IMG/VR virus record: IMGVR_UViG_3300029288_000056
Coordinates: 233,329-297,328 of that record
Length of the DNA stretch: 64,000 nt
Origin: a virus
Taxonomy: Duplodnaviria; Caudoviricetes
Strand: one strand, 5' to 3'
Shown here: positions 6,842 through 16,465 of the stretch, piece by piece
How the letters are laid out: each line of letters starts with the position of its first letter
Numbering within the stretch: the first letter of the stretch is position 1
Program-made: the position numbers and the translations under genes
The notes under the pieces: generated by a model
Seen by the model: only the letters and a program-made list of their open reading frames with translations
Database searches by the model: none
Told to the model about the DNA's origin: nothing

Positions 6842-8404
6842 TTACAAATCTATACTCTCTATAACCTCAACGAACTGATCCACATCGTTTCCGTATTTCA
6901 TGAACATACTTATCACGTTATATACGGAATCGCTGAACCCGCCCACGTTGAGAATTTCTTTACTGTTATGCGCTTGAGTGGACGTATTTGGCGCCAAGTC
7001 TATACAAACTAACTTTGCACCCGGATTGTGTTGCTTAAACTTCTTCCACTCATCCATCGTTGAAGTTCCTCGGTAGCTGTCCTGACTATCCACCCATGAT
7101 TCGTTGTCAGATAGATAGATGCAAAGATCGCCCTTCTTGCCGTTTTGATTCAAAAAGGCCAATGCTGTGGAGCAACTTGTGCCTCCACCGCTACTACCTC
7201 CGATTTCTCTTGCGTTTGTAGCAATAGAATCTAGAGGGTTGATCCCACTCATAAGTTGTGCTCTGGTCGCAAACTGTATAACTTCTGCAGTTGGATTCTT
7301 GCGCAAAATAGAAGCCGCAAACAGACCCGCCACGTTACAACAACTGACTTTAGAAGTAGCACTTCCTCTTTGGCCGGTCACGGGAGAACTCATAGACCCA
7401 GAGACATCAACGAACAGCCAAACCTTTCCCTCAATCTCAGGTATATTCTCCGCCGAATAGTCAAGAGCCTTTTGTAGCGCTATGGTTATCTCGCGTGGCA
7501 TTTCGCTTTGCGCGAACATGTAAGCCGTAAACAGTTGATAAGGAAATGTTCTGGACTTTTTCACAAGTTCAGCATCCATCAACTGACTAACAACGTATTG
7601 CACCATTTCTTTGTCTTCAAAGACTTTGTGACGTAGAAGCGTATTGAGATTGATTCTCAATTGGTTCCAAGTCATAGTCTTTGCGAGCGCCTTCCAATGT
7701 GCATCGGTAAGGCTCAGGGACGTTAGCATCTCAAATGGAACTTCTGGAAACGCGACAGACTCCCCGTTAGTAAGAGCTTTCTTAAACAACTCGTACGCTT
7801 TTAGGTCGTCTGGTAGTAAAACGTCGTTAAACTCGCGGCCCAACACGTAGTTGATCGTATTCTCGCGTTCTTTGTTTACGGGTTTTGGGTGAACCATCTT
7901 TATAATATCAGACATTGATGGATCACTTCCTGTGACGAAAGCCACGTAAGAATCGGTCCAACTGTTGATCAAGCCGGCAAGTTGTTTCTTGAGTGAAGTA
8001 CCAAAGGATTGGCGACCGAATTTATTCGAACGAATTGCTTGTACGAAGTTTCGTATCATCTTTCCGTTGGTTACGACCTTTGGAAACGCCTTTTTAAATT
8101 GAGCCAAAGCCTCTGGAGTCTTGCAACCCGCTAGATAAGCCAATAGCGCAACCGGCATGTCCTTCATCAAACCACGAGTCGCAGAATAGACCGCGGTCTT
8201 GGCGATAAAGGTAGGATCAACTTGAGGTAGATACTTGTAGAGATGGGCGAGTTGGTCTCCCCCACTTGCGTAGTAGGTGCCGTTAAAGCAGCCGGTTACA
8301 GCTAACTGCGCGATGGCGTGCTTTGCACTCATTGAATACGCAATTCCACCTGCGTCATTTACTGCGTCTGCAGGTTTGACACCGTTAAACACGTTCTTGT
8401 TCAT
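6842..8404 (-). CDS. rsr: Ro60/Rsr RNA-binding protein (TROVE domain + vWA domain)
   Basis: N-terminal NDAGGIAY...TGCFNGTYY, helical TROVE region (LRINLNTLLRH, FPYQLFTAY), C-terminal vWA MIDAS DVSGSM, GGGT, SDNESW. Confidence 0.93.
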   Translation of the reverse strand: MNKNVFNGVKPADAVNDAGGIAYSMSAKHAIAQLAVTGCFNGTYYASGGDQLAHLYKYLPQVDPTFIAKTAVYSATRGLMKDMPVALLAYLAGCKTPEALAQFKKAFPKVVTNGKMIRNFVQAIRSNKFGRQSFGTSLKKQLAGLINSWTDSYVAFVTGSDPSMSDIIKMVHPKPVNKERENTINYVLGREFNDVLLPDDLKAYELFKKALTNGESVAFPEVPFEMLTSLSLTDAHWKALAKTMTWNQLRINLNTLLRHKVFEDKEMVQYVVSQLMDAELVKKSRTFPYQLFTAYMFAQSEMPREITIALQKALDYSAENIPEIEGKVWLFVDVSGSMSSPVTGQRGSATSKVSCCNVAGLFAASILRKNPTAEVIQFATRAQLMSGINPLDSIATNAREIGGSSGGGTSCSTALAFLNQNGKKGDLCIYLSDNESWVDSQDSYRGTSTMDEWKKFKQHNPGAKLVCIDLAPNTSTQAHNSKEILNVGGFSDSVYNVISMFMKYGNDVDQFVEVIESIDL

Positions 8405-8443
8405 TTTTATTCTCCTTTTTAGGAAACAGTTATGAAAAGATTA

Positions 8444-8518
8444 AGATGGGACAGGGGTTTGCTGAGATACGGTTTTAATTTACAGTTTAAATGTAATCCC
8501 AAGCGAGCATTCCCATCT
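8444..8518 (-). ncRNA. Y-RNA-like element Y5 (minimal), immediately upstream of Ro60
   Basis: AGATGGGA/TCCCATCT stem; ATGCTCGCTTGGGATTACATT...TATCTCAGC..CTG. Confidence 0.8.
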
Positions 8519-8561
8519 ACAACACTAACACGGATTATGCAAAATAATCCCCTATTATTTT

Positions 8562-8632
8562 CAGGAGTTAAAGGATTTGAACCCTTACCGGATGTTTTGG
8601 AGACATCCATGCTACCATTACACCAAACTCCT
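8562..8632 (-). tRNA. tRNA-Trp(CCA)
   Basis: AGGAGTT/AACTCCT, G73, arm GATGT-CTCCAAA-ACATC. Confidence 0.95.
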
Positions 8633-8637
8633 ATGTA

Positions 8638-9546
8638 TTACAGATCTTCTCTATCTCTGAAGCCCAAAAAGATAGGCTCACGTGGAAGGTCCTTTGTACC
8701 GATTTTCTGATACTTGTATTTAATCATTTTTCCAACGTATCGATCTTGGTTATCCCATATCTCTTGTCGCAACTCATGTGTTAATCCCTGCCCGGTTCCA
8801 ATGTCAAACTGTATTCCCTCAAAGTCGCCTATACCGACGACTAGAAACTTTCCTAGTGTGTTTGCTGGAACCTTACCTTCCTTAGAGAATGAACGTTTAG
8901 TTCTACCAAACGCATCTTTCTCGGCCTCGTTCAGGTTGTGCATCATCTCTTCAAAACCAACAATTCTTCCCTCTGCATCCTCAAATGGCTTTATCTTCAG
9001 GAGAATTCTTTCCCTCAAAGATGAGCGGCCAAACTTATATTCCCCATCTATTTTACGGATCATAGTTCCCTCGTATCCAGACTCCAGATGTAAGACTATG
9101 ATTTCATTGAGGGCTTTTTCATTCATTATTAGAGTTTCCTCCACGATTTCCAGTTTAGTATGTCCGTTTTTTTCTACAAAAGCAGAATACCAATCTGTGA
9201 TGTCCTTTATTCTACTTATAAATGGCTTTGCCGGCTCGTCTTTCACATAATCAAAGATAGAATAAACAAAATCCGGTTCGCCATCCATGGACGAAATCGC
9301 GGAAGAGCAATCTTGAAATGTCTTGCCCGCGGTAAGCTCACCGTCTAAACCGTCCGGCAGTTCTAACCCCTCCAGATAGTTTCTGATGTATGCGTTTCTA
9401 ATCGGTTTGAAGGATCTACTTAAGGCTTTTCCTTGAACCATCAAGCAACGGTGTCCATCAATCTTTGGGGATGCATAAACGGGATACTGTACATCCCTCA
9501 TGTCGTGGATCGTCTCAGCTAAAAGTGGCTTTGTTATTTTTCCCAT
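8638..9546 (-). CDS. lig: ATP-dependent DNA ligase
   Basis: KIDG adenylation motif, LDGEL, YEGTMIR, LLKIK, C-terminal OB fold; start reassigned to MGKITKPLLA (leaderless). Confidence 0.93.
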   Translation of the reverse strand: MGKITKPLLAETIHDMRDVQYPVYASPKIDGHRCLMVQGKALSRSFKPIRNAYIRNYLEGLELPDGLDGELTAGKTFQDCSSAISSMDGEPDFVYSIFDYVKDEPAKPFISRIKDITDWYSAFVEKNGHTKLEIVEETLIMNEKALNEIIVLHLESGYEGTMIRKIDGEYKFGRSSLRERILLKIKPFEDAEGRIVGFEEMMHNLNEAEKDAFGRTKRSFSKEGKVPANTLGKFLVVGIGDFEGIQFDIGTGQGLTHELRQEIWDNQDRYVGKMIKYKYQKIGTKDLPREPIFLGFRDREDL

Positions 9547-9552
9547 GTTTGA

Positions 9553-9582
9553 ATTATAATACAATTTAAGAGAAAAGTCAAG
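9553..9582 (-). promoter_or_regulatory. Repeated promoter heading the ligase-tRNA-Ro60/Y RNA unit
   Basis: TTGACT-17-TATAAT. Confidence 0.85.
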
Positions 9583-9596
9583 CACTTTCTTACAAT

Positions 9597-9628
9597 AAAA
9601 AACCGCCTCTTTTCGCAAGAAGCGGTTG
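9597..9628 (-). terminator. Rho-independent terminator
   Basis: AACCGCTTCTT-GCGAA-AAGAGGCGGTT followed by a T-run. Confidence 0.75.
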
Positions 9629-9815
9629 AACTAACATTGAATACCTTAACCGTTTAACTTGCTGTTTATCCTTTGGTCTATTCCCTTATCACATTCAGAG
9701 GTTATAATCTCTAAATCCTCGCCAAATTCTAGCAATGCCTTTTCTACCTTACTTTTGGTAGTAGGGTCTGATTGCCAGTTCTCTGGAACGTATAATTTTA
9801 TTTTCATAGTTTCTC

Positions 9816-10250
9816 CTATACTAACATGTCTTCTTCCGCATCATCGAAAACGAAGATAAGATTTTTTGCCCTATCCTCAAACCACCACTCGTCTGGTTTT
9901 GGTTCGTACAAAACCCAAATATCCGCGAATATGTTTGAGCACTGCAGGTATTTAATTGACTGTATGTTTGGTACGCCAATCATCATAATACCAATCTCGT
10001 CACGTGCCCACTTGTTTACTAAAATTTGTAACGATTCAATAACCTCGTTACTCAGTTCTTCCTCTTTATTAAGAAGAACCAAAACTCCACTTAAAGTATC
10101 AATGTTAAAAGTCATCGCTGGTGTTATACGTCTTGATACGTTCGTGCTATCGTCAAATTTCCCTATAATAAAATCACTACACCCAAACTCGCTTATAAAC
10201 CCCTTAACTTGATTTAACAACTTTAAGCGCCACAAAGTTGTTTCATCCAC
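9816..10250 (-). CDS. Hypothetical protein
   Basis: 144-aa ORF in operon. Confidence 0.65.
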   Translation of the reverse strand: MDETTLWRLKLLNQVKGFISEFGCSDFIIGKFDDSTNVSRRITPAMTFNIDTLSGVLVLLNKEEELSNEVIESLQILVNKWARDEIGIMMIGVPNIQSIKYLQCSNIFADIWVLYEPKPDEWWFEDRAKNLIFVFDDAEEDMLV

Positions 10251-10271
10251 TATACCCTCTTTTTTCTGAGC

Positions 10272-10652
10272 TTACTCTGTTGCTGGTTGTTCAGTTGCGG
10301 TCGGTGCTGGTGCCGTTCCACCCTTCAGGTAGTTATTTAATCCAACGGTTATCACCGGAACTTCCTGATTAATATACTGACTGAAATCCGCCAGAGGTTT
10401 AACATAATTTTGTTGAACACTCATAAATTGGTTATTCAGGTTGTTAATAATTTGTGCTTGCTGATTAACGTCCGTCGAACTCTTGAGTTGCATTAACAGA
10501 TCGTTTATGTTTTTAATGGTCGTTGCGGATACCGCGCCAAAAGGACCAATTGACTTCTGGAACTGTGTCAGAAAGTTTTGAATATCTTGAAGAGTTTTCT
10601 GAACTTGTGGATCCACGGTTGCTGCGTTTAAAAATTCATTAAGTTTTCCCAT
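10272..10652 (-). CDS. Hypothetical Gln/Asn-rich helical protein
   Basis: Start MGKLNEF after GGAG RBS. Confidence 0.65.
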   Translation of the reverse strand: MGKLNEFLNAATVDPQVQKTLQDIQNFLTQFQKSIGPFGAVSATTIKNINDLLMQLKSSTDVNQQAQIINNLNNQFMSVQQNYVKPLADFSQYINQEVPVITVGLNNYLKGGTAPAPTATEQPATE

Positions 10653-10705
10653 TTTATCTCCCTTTGTAGCGAGTGTATCACACACTCTAAATTCGTTAAT
10701 TAGTT

Positions 10706-11221
10706 TTATTTTATCAGCAACAAGACTAGCGCGATCATGCTTAAAATAGGAATACCAAAAGCGATCATCTTGAGGTATTTGAATAACGGCTTCTTAACCG
10801 CGGTAACGATAACCTCAAACAATCTGTCGTCCTCGTTAAAATAGAAGGCCGCCTTCTTGTGGACACAGTCTACAAAGTCGTTGTGGTGGTACTCAAGAAC
10901 TACTCCGCTATCATCAATGTCTTCAACCGTCGGCTTTCCGAGAGTCCTATATATATCGCCGCTTCCACAAGGAATAAGCAGTTGAAGTTCGGGGACGTAG
11001 GTCTCAGTACCGTCCTCAACATTGACGATTAGGAAAGATACCTCGTCTTTTTCGTTAATTATAAGAAACAGGTTATTGTTTGCCTCGTACTGCCTCAGGC
11101 CCTTAAAGTCGCCACCGGCTATATCCTTTAGATGCTCTTTAATCTGCGGTAAAAACTTTAAACTGTTTCCTATACTAAAACCCCAAAAAGAAGTTGGGAC
11201 CTTTAGTTTCACAATAAACAC
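10706..11221 (-). CDS. Hypothetical protein with C-terminal TM helix
   Basis: Hydrophobic C-terminus. Confidence 0.65.
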   Translation of the reverse strand: MFIVKLKVPTSFWGFSIGNSLKFLPQIKEHLKDIAGGDFKGLRQYEANNNLFLIINEKDEVSFLIVNVEDGTETYVPELQLLIPCGSGDIYRTLGKPTVEDIDDSGVVLEYHHNDFVDCVHKKAAFYFNEDDRLFEVIVTAVKKPLFKYLKMIAFGIPILSMIALVLLLIK

Positions 11222-11691
11222 CTCATCTTGTTTTTAAAATCATACTCAAATTTTTTAGATTCTTCCACCGCTATCTTTGGTAACTGTAGTATCAAGTCCA
11301 TTAAGCGAGTGGACTTCTCGACTGAGGTCTTAACGATATAGTCCTTAACCTTCGTTAACCCGATACTTCTTTCGTCATAGACCTGCAGTTCGCATTTCGT
11401 GCCGACGATGTGAAAGCCGAAGCTTTTGTTTTCGGCGTAAATCTTTTGTAGCACACTCATTGCGGCCTGCTCACGGGTAGTGTTGATATTGTTCCCGAGG
11501 ATACTATCAATACTCACACGATAAAGCTCTGACAACTTAATAAGGTCCGCGGTCGTAGGTAGTAGAGTCCCGGCTTCATAGGGATGCAAATCAACACCGA
11601 TACTCTCGCGTACTTGCTCCACAGATAGACCTGCTTTTTCACGGAGAGCAACTAATCCCTCCGCTATTTCCTTTAAATTATATTCTTTCAT
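11209..11691 (-). CDS. XRE-family HTH regulator
   Basis: LVALREKAGLSVEQV...YEAG...P....LIKLSELYRVSIDSILG. Confidence 0.8.
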   Translation of the reverse strand: MKEYNLKEIAEGLVALREKAGLSVEQVRESIGVDLHPYEAGTLLPTTADLIKLSELYRVSIDSILGNNINTTREQAAMSVLQKIYAENKSFGFHIVGTKCELQVYDERSIGLTKVKDYIVKTSVEKSTRLMDLILQLPKIAVEESKKFEYDFKNKMRCLL

Positions 11692-11694
11692 ATT

Positions 11695-11768
11695 CACCCC
11701 CGGCAGGACTCGAACCTGCAGTGCTGGTGTAGAAGACCAGTGCCTTCAATCCATTTGGCGACGGGGGC
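11695..11768 (-). tRNA. tRNA-Arg(TCT)
   Basis: GCCCCCG/CGGGGGT, arm CTGGT-CTTCTAC-ACCAG. Confidence 0.93.
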
Positions 11769-11772
11769 ATCA

Positions 11773-11967
11773 TTATATTCTACCTCTACACGCATCAACA
11801 CCGAAAATCGGTGGATCGTGCCTCAAGCAAACACCTTTGGCGCAATTTGGGCAATCAAAGTTGTTACACGATGGCACAAAGTCCTTTTCGTGGTGTTCTT
11901 TGATTTCAAAGTCTTGATACTCTTCTTCCAAACTAGAATCATCAGCGTAATACTCGTACTCTCGCAT
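11773..11967 (-). CDS. Small Cys-rich hypothetical protein
   Basis: 64-aa ORF abutting neighbours. Confidence 0.55.
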   Translation of the reverse strand: MREYEYYADDSSLEEEYQDFEIKEHHEKDFVPSCNNFDCPNCAKGVCLRHDPPIFGVDACRGRI

Positions 11968-12192
11968 CTAATCTATACCTAAATCCTTCTCTGTTGTTAC
12001 CCCATAGCTCGGGTCCCGGTAGTCAGTTGCGTAAAATCCTGATCCCTTGAATACAAGTCCGTAACTGGACGAAAAAACCTTTTTTATGTCATTCCCACAT
12101 GTTGGGCATTTTACTAGTAATTCCTCACTAATGCTTCTGTGAAAATATTCGAAACGCCCACATTTTTCACACACATACTCGTAGACCGGCAT
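11968..12192 (-). CDS. FmdB-family zinc-ribbon protein
   Basis: MPVYEYVCEKCG...CPTCG...FKGSGFYATDY signature. Confidence 0.9.
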   Translation of the reverse strand: MPVYEYVCEKCGRFEYFHRSISEELLVKCPTCGNDIKKVFSSSYGLVFKGSGFYATDYRDPSYGVTTEKDLGID

Positions 12193-12719
12193 ATATCCTC
12201 CACCGATTTTCTATTAATAACATAATCAACAAAAGAAGTCAAGCACTTTTTATCAAACTCTTCAACGTATTTACTTGCCATACTCTTTACGTCCCAACCT
12301 CGCCTTTTGCCGTCGTATACCCAGACTTTTATTCCCTTAGTAGTCAGTAGTTTAGCCTTTTTAGACGTCGGTAAGAATATATCAATTCTGTTTGAGTACT
12401 TTTTAGCAAGTCTATCCTTAACCTCTGTCATAAAAAATCCAAACTGCGGATGCCAAACTAGAACTTTCGTATTTAACTTAACGTTATTCATCGCACAAAA
12501 ACCGTATTGCATCCGTTTTCCTCTACAATCCCAATACTCGCCTTCCCACGGTCCGTATCCTGTAACCTTTACTACACTCGGAACAAAGTTCCATCCTTCT
12601 ATTTCCGGTTCTTCTATAAAGTTAATACACTTTTGAAAATACGTACTATCAATAATATCATTCTTTGCGCCGGCGGCACACATTAAACACAATAATAAGT
12701 AAAGAGTCTTCCATAGCAA
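12114..12719 (-). CDS. Secreted 3D-domain-like (cell-wall) protein
   Basis: Signal-like N-terminus; VTGY...VKDR...NRIDIF pattern of 3D/DPBB domains. Confidence 0.6.
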   Translation of the reverse strand: MLWKTLYLLLCLMCAAGAKNDIIDSTYFQKCINFIEEPEIEGWNFVPSVVKVTGYGPWEGEYWDCRGKRMQYGFCAMNNVKLNTKVLVWHPQFGFFMTEVKDRLAKKYSNRIDIFLPTSKKAKLLTTKGIKVWVYDGKRRGWDVKSMASKYVEEFDKKCLTSFVDYVINRKSVEDICRSTSMCVKNVGVSNIFTEALVRNY

Positions 12720-12837
12720 AACTCCGCCCCCCTGAAAACGTTAAAGATAGCCTCCCTCATTATATAATAATGGTTATCAATACTTAAAAATAGAGGCTTG
12801 AAATAAATTTTCATATCAAAAATCAGTCCTAGTTTAT

Positions 12838-14049
12838 TTAACTAACTCTGTTAAATAGGATGTTTTTATCCATCAAAGTATTATTACTTTGTTGACGCTT
12901 CACAGGGGAGATTGAGACCTCTAGCCCTCCACGTCCAGCACCGGCTAACCGTCCGGCATTTAATATATTAATCGCTGCGTTTGTGTCCCTATCATGTTTT
13001 GCTCCGCAAACACAAGTCCATTCTCTATCTTTTAGGGTAAGATCGTTGTTGATATATCCACAAACAGAGCAGATCTTACTAGATGGGAACCAACGGTCTA
13101 TAAAAATAATAGAACCGTTTTTCCATCGTTCTTTATATCCTATCTGTCTTACGAATTCACGCATAGATGCATCCGCAACCGCACCGGCAAGATGATGATT
13201 TTGCATCATGCCACTTATATTAAGATCCTCCAGATATACAATATTATATTTCTTACAAATTCTTGACGTGGCCTGATTAATTGTGTCATTCCTCTTATCT
13301 GCAATGCGTTTGTAAATACGTTGGACTCTTAGTTTAGCTTTTTGTCTGCGTTTACTCCCTACCTCTTTACGAGCTAATTGTCGTTGCGCTTGTGCTAATA
13401 ATTTTTCCAAATGTTGTCCGTGTTTAGGATTCTCAAACTTACACCCATCACTTGTGGTCGCAAGCGTTTTTACACCTAAATCTATACCCACTTCCCTTAC
13501 TTGGTTATCGCAAGGGTTCTGGGTTTCAACTTCAACCGTAAACGAAGCGTACCACTTTCCCGCTTGTTCACTAATCGCAACTGTACCAACTAATTTTCCC
13601 TGAAAACGTAAAGACTGACACATACGTACCCACCCGAGTTTTGGAATACGCACTTTGTTATTATCAAGAGCTATCGTGCCGGTCTCTAAGTGAAAAACCA
13701 GCCTATCTTGTTTTCTACTCTTAAACCGCGGAAACCCCGGTTTACCAGATTTATTCTTAACTCTTCTAAAAAAGTTAGTATAAGCAAAATCAAGTTGCTG
13801 TAACGCTAAACGGGGAATACTTTTAGGCACACCAGATAACCAAGTGTGAGTTGAATATTTCATTATCGTTATTTTTGTAGCTAAAATATACGCGCCCGAT
13901 GTCTTATTTGTGTTTTTGTATTCAGTCTGTTTACTTTCTAATCCAAAATTATAGGCAAAACGGTGGGCGCCCGCATACTTAACAAACTCAACTTTTTGAG
14001 TATCATTCGGTAGTAGTTGTATCTTATGAGATTTATGTATCAGTATCAT
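12838..14049 (-). mobile_element. tnpB: Stand-alone TnpB RNA-guided endonuclease (IS607/IS605-type), no transposase
   Basis: N-terminal HTH (HKSHKIQLLP..RFAYN), RuvC GIDLG, EDL, DRDTNAAINI, Zn finger CSVCG/CVCG; right-end-like GAAGCGTCAA ending at 12892. Confidence 0.92.
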
Positions 14050-14315
14050 TTATCAAAAATGTTGGATTGACTAATCATTTTATGATCATCGATTCTGTAA
14101 CAAGAAAGTTCAGAACCTTTTATCCCTTTTCTATTTCCAATTTTTATCTCTATGTTTTTATGCATTTTTGCCCAACATAGGGCCCGTCTTGCGAGATCAA
14201 TATGTATACCCATATCAACAAGGGCGTCCTCGGCCAACTTGTCGTCGGTATAAGTAGTCCCGTCTATCGTTATATTAGTGATGTCGTCTTTACGTTCAAC
14301 ACTAATCATAAACAT
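14046..14315 (-). CDS. Hypothetical protein
   Basis: 89-aa ORF coupled to dnaB and tnpB. Confidence 0.6.
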   Translation of the reverse strand: MFMISVERKDDITNITIDGTTYTDDKLAEDALVDMGIHIDLARRALCWAKMHKNIEIKIGNRKGIKGSELSCYRIDDHKMISQSNIFDK

Positions 14316-15758
14316 TTAAAAATCACCTTCCTTAAATATATCATCTGTCAACTCATCAACGTCACCCTTATGTTCTTCTACTACTCTCGGTCTTATAGTT
14401 ACGCCTTGTTCGACGGATTCAAATCTCATAAACTTATCTACGAAGTTCATCTTTAATACACCCCTTGGGCCGTTTCTTTGCTTCGCGATATTTATAAACA
14501 CTTCCTTGGTAGACATTGACGGATCTGTGAAGGATGCGTTATCATAATAATCAGGTCTATGTATAAAGAATACAACGTCCGTGTCTTGTTCTAGACTACC
14601 AGAACCCCTTAAATGTATCAACTGAGGCATCTTATCTTCACCCTTAGCCGCATCTCTACTGAGTTGAGACAGTGCAACTAACGGCATGTCAAATTCCATA
14701 GGGATCCTCTTTAGATCCTTAGATATACTTGTGATGTCCCTAACTTGATCACCAGTATAATCATTTGGGTTGACCAATTGAATATAGTCCACAAAAGCAG
14801 CCGCTATCGGTCGTCTTGATAACTCGCGTCTAATTCTACTACGTATATTCGCTGAAGTGAGAGTGGGATCGTCCACGAAAATAAAGTTGTGGAAATGCTC
14901 CTTTATCGATGCGGCCGCAGACTTAATACTGCGCCACTCTTCGTCACTTAGCCGACCAGTCTTAACGTGCTGAAAATCAACCCTTCCCATTGTAGACAAC
15001 ATTCTCTTTAGCAACATGTCTCTTGGTGTTTCAAAAGAAAAGAATATTGTGGGTTGATTTCCTTTGATACCTATGTTTTCCATAAAATTAAGCGCAAGCG
15101 CTGTTTTACCAACAGACGGTCTTGCCGCTATAATTATAAATTCACCTTTTTGTAGCCCGCCAGTCTGTTCGTCTATATCACAAAACCAAGTGGCCAGTCC
15201 ATTAACGCAAGAGTTGTTTTCACACAACTTCTCTATATGGATAATAGCATCGTCAACCATCTCAACAGTTACATCATCGTTATTATTTACATTCCGGCAA
15301 CCAACATCTAAGATCTTCTGTTCTACATTAGATACAATTTTTTCGGTCTCGTCCCAATTATTCTTAAGCTTTAAGGCGGCTCTCTCAAATATACTGATAT
15401 AGTTTTTAGCGTCGCTACTCTTTTTTACCAACTCTGCGTAATGAGTGATATCCCCCGACATCTCAGCATCTTTGGTCAGCTTACTGAGGTATGGCGTTCC
15501 ACCGACTTCTTGCAGTTTTCCACACTGATTTAAATGTTGAGAAACACTTATTATATCAAAACCCCTCTTATTATTATACAGGTCTGATTTATTGTACAGA
15601 TCTAATATAGCCTCGTAGATAATTTGATGCTGCGATGTTGAGAAATCAGAGGGTTGTAGTATGTCAGAAATAACAGCCATGGTGTTTCGCGAATTTTCAA
15701 CTATCAACAATCCCAGAACTTGCATCTCGGCATCTATTTGTTGCGGTAAATTTGTCAT
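14316..15758 (-). CDS. dnaB: Replicative DNA helicase
   Basis: AARPSVGKT Walker A, FVDYIQL, LSQLSR, LRGSGSLEQDTD, IAKQRNGP. Confidence 0.97.
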   Translation of the reverse strand: MTNLPQQIDAEMQVLGLLIVENSRNTMAVISDILQPSDFSTSQHQIIYEAILDLYNKSDLYNNKRGFDIISVSQHLNQCGKLQEVGGTPYLSKLTKDAEMSGDITHYAELVKKSSDAKNYISIFERAALKLKNNWDETEKIVSNVEQKILDVGCRNVNNNDDVTVEMVDDAIIHIEKLCENNSCVNGLATWFCDIDEQTGGLQKGEFIIIAARPSVGKTALALNFMENIGIKGNQPTIFFSFETPRDMLLKRMLSTMGRVDFQHVKTGRLSDEEWRSIKSAAASIKEHFHNFIFVDDPTLTSANIRSRIRRELSRRPIAAAFVDYIQLVNPNDYTGDQVRDITSISKDLKRIPMEFDMPLVALSQLSRDAAKGEDKMPQLIHLRGSGSLEQDTDVVFFIHRPDYYDNASFTDPSMSTKEVFINIAKQRNGPRGVLKMNFVDKFMRFESVEQGVTIRPRVVEEHKGDVDELTDDIFKEGDF

Positions 15759-16465
15759 TCTTTTATATCTCCTTGTTGTTTTCTAACTTTGTTAACGTCT
15801 TCATTCCAAGCAGTGTTTACAAAAGTTCCATATGCATCTTTTTGATTAATAACCGGGTTTCCTTCGAGATCATACTCTGGAAAAATATAGTCCAAACCGG
15901 CTAATTGTATAGTTGCCCTTTTGCGAGGCTCATTAAAAATATCGTTATCTAATCTTTGGCATATCTGATTAAAACCATCTACGATATCACTTAGATACGT
16001 GCCCACTTGATCGGCTCCGAGTGTGATAGAAAATTGATCTTTAAAATCATCCTCGATTGACGTATTATATACGTTGATGTACTTAGAATCAAATATCACA
16101 CACCAATTCTTTGAGATTAATTCCTCAAATGATTCCCCGGTCGGCCTAATATCCTCTATAGATTTTTTAATCTTAGTTAGATTTTTTTCGTCCAAGTCTA
16201 AGGTATAGTTAACTATTGTCTTCATACTGTTTTTATAGTATTGCATTGTTGAAAGCAGTTTAGTTATAGCAATACCCATACCATCACTAATCGAAGATGA
16301 TGTGGATACCTCTATTTTATCACACCATTCTTTAGGGTGATTACATTCATTTGAAGCCCTAATGATGTAAACTCCGGTGTGAGGCGATACTTTTCTGTCT
16401 CTTTTTTTACATTTTATATTCCAGTTCCTAGCGGCTAAATCGGATAAAACTTTAATATCTCTCAT
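15755..16465 (-). CDS. Hypothetical protein
   Basis: 236-aa ORF in the replication operon. Confidence 0.65.
   Translation of the reverse strand: MRDIKVLSDLAARNWNIKCKKRDRKVSPHTGVYIIRASNECNHPKEWCDKIEVSTSSSISDGMGIAITKLLSTMQYYKNSMKTIVNYTLDLDEKNLTKIKKSIEDIRPTGESFEELISKNWCVIFDSKYINVYNTSIEDDFKDQFSITLGADQVGTYLSDIVDGFNQICQRLDNDIFNEPRKRATIQLAGLDYIFPEYDLEGNPVINQKDAYGTFVNTAWNEDVNKVRKQQGDIKE

Noticed and set aside
5653-8518. CRISPR array interpretation of the repeated motif
   Set aside because: The repeats are not identical or regularly spaced, are bipartite with covarying stems, and no cas genes are present.
9547-9618. N-terminal extension of the DNA ligase ORF
   Set aside because: It overlaps the promoter and terminator; the ligase-like sequence starts at MGKITKP.
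12231-12246. Another copy of the repeated promoter
   Set aside because: TTGACT is present but inside a coding region with a variant context (CTTGACTTCT); it could still be real but was not counted.
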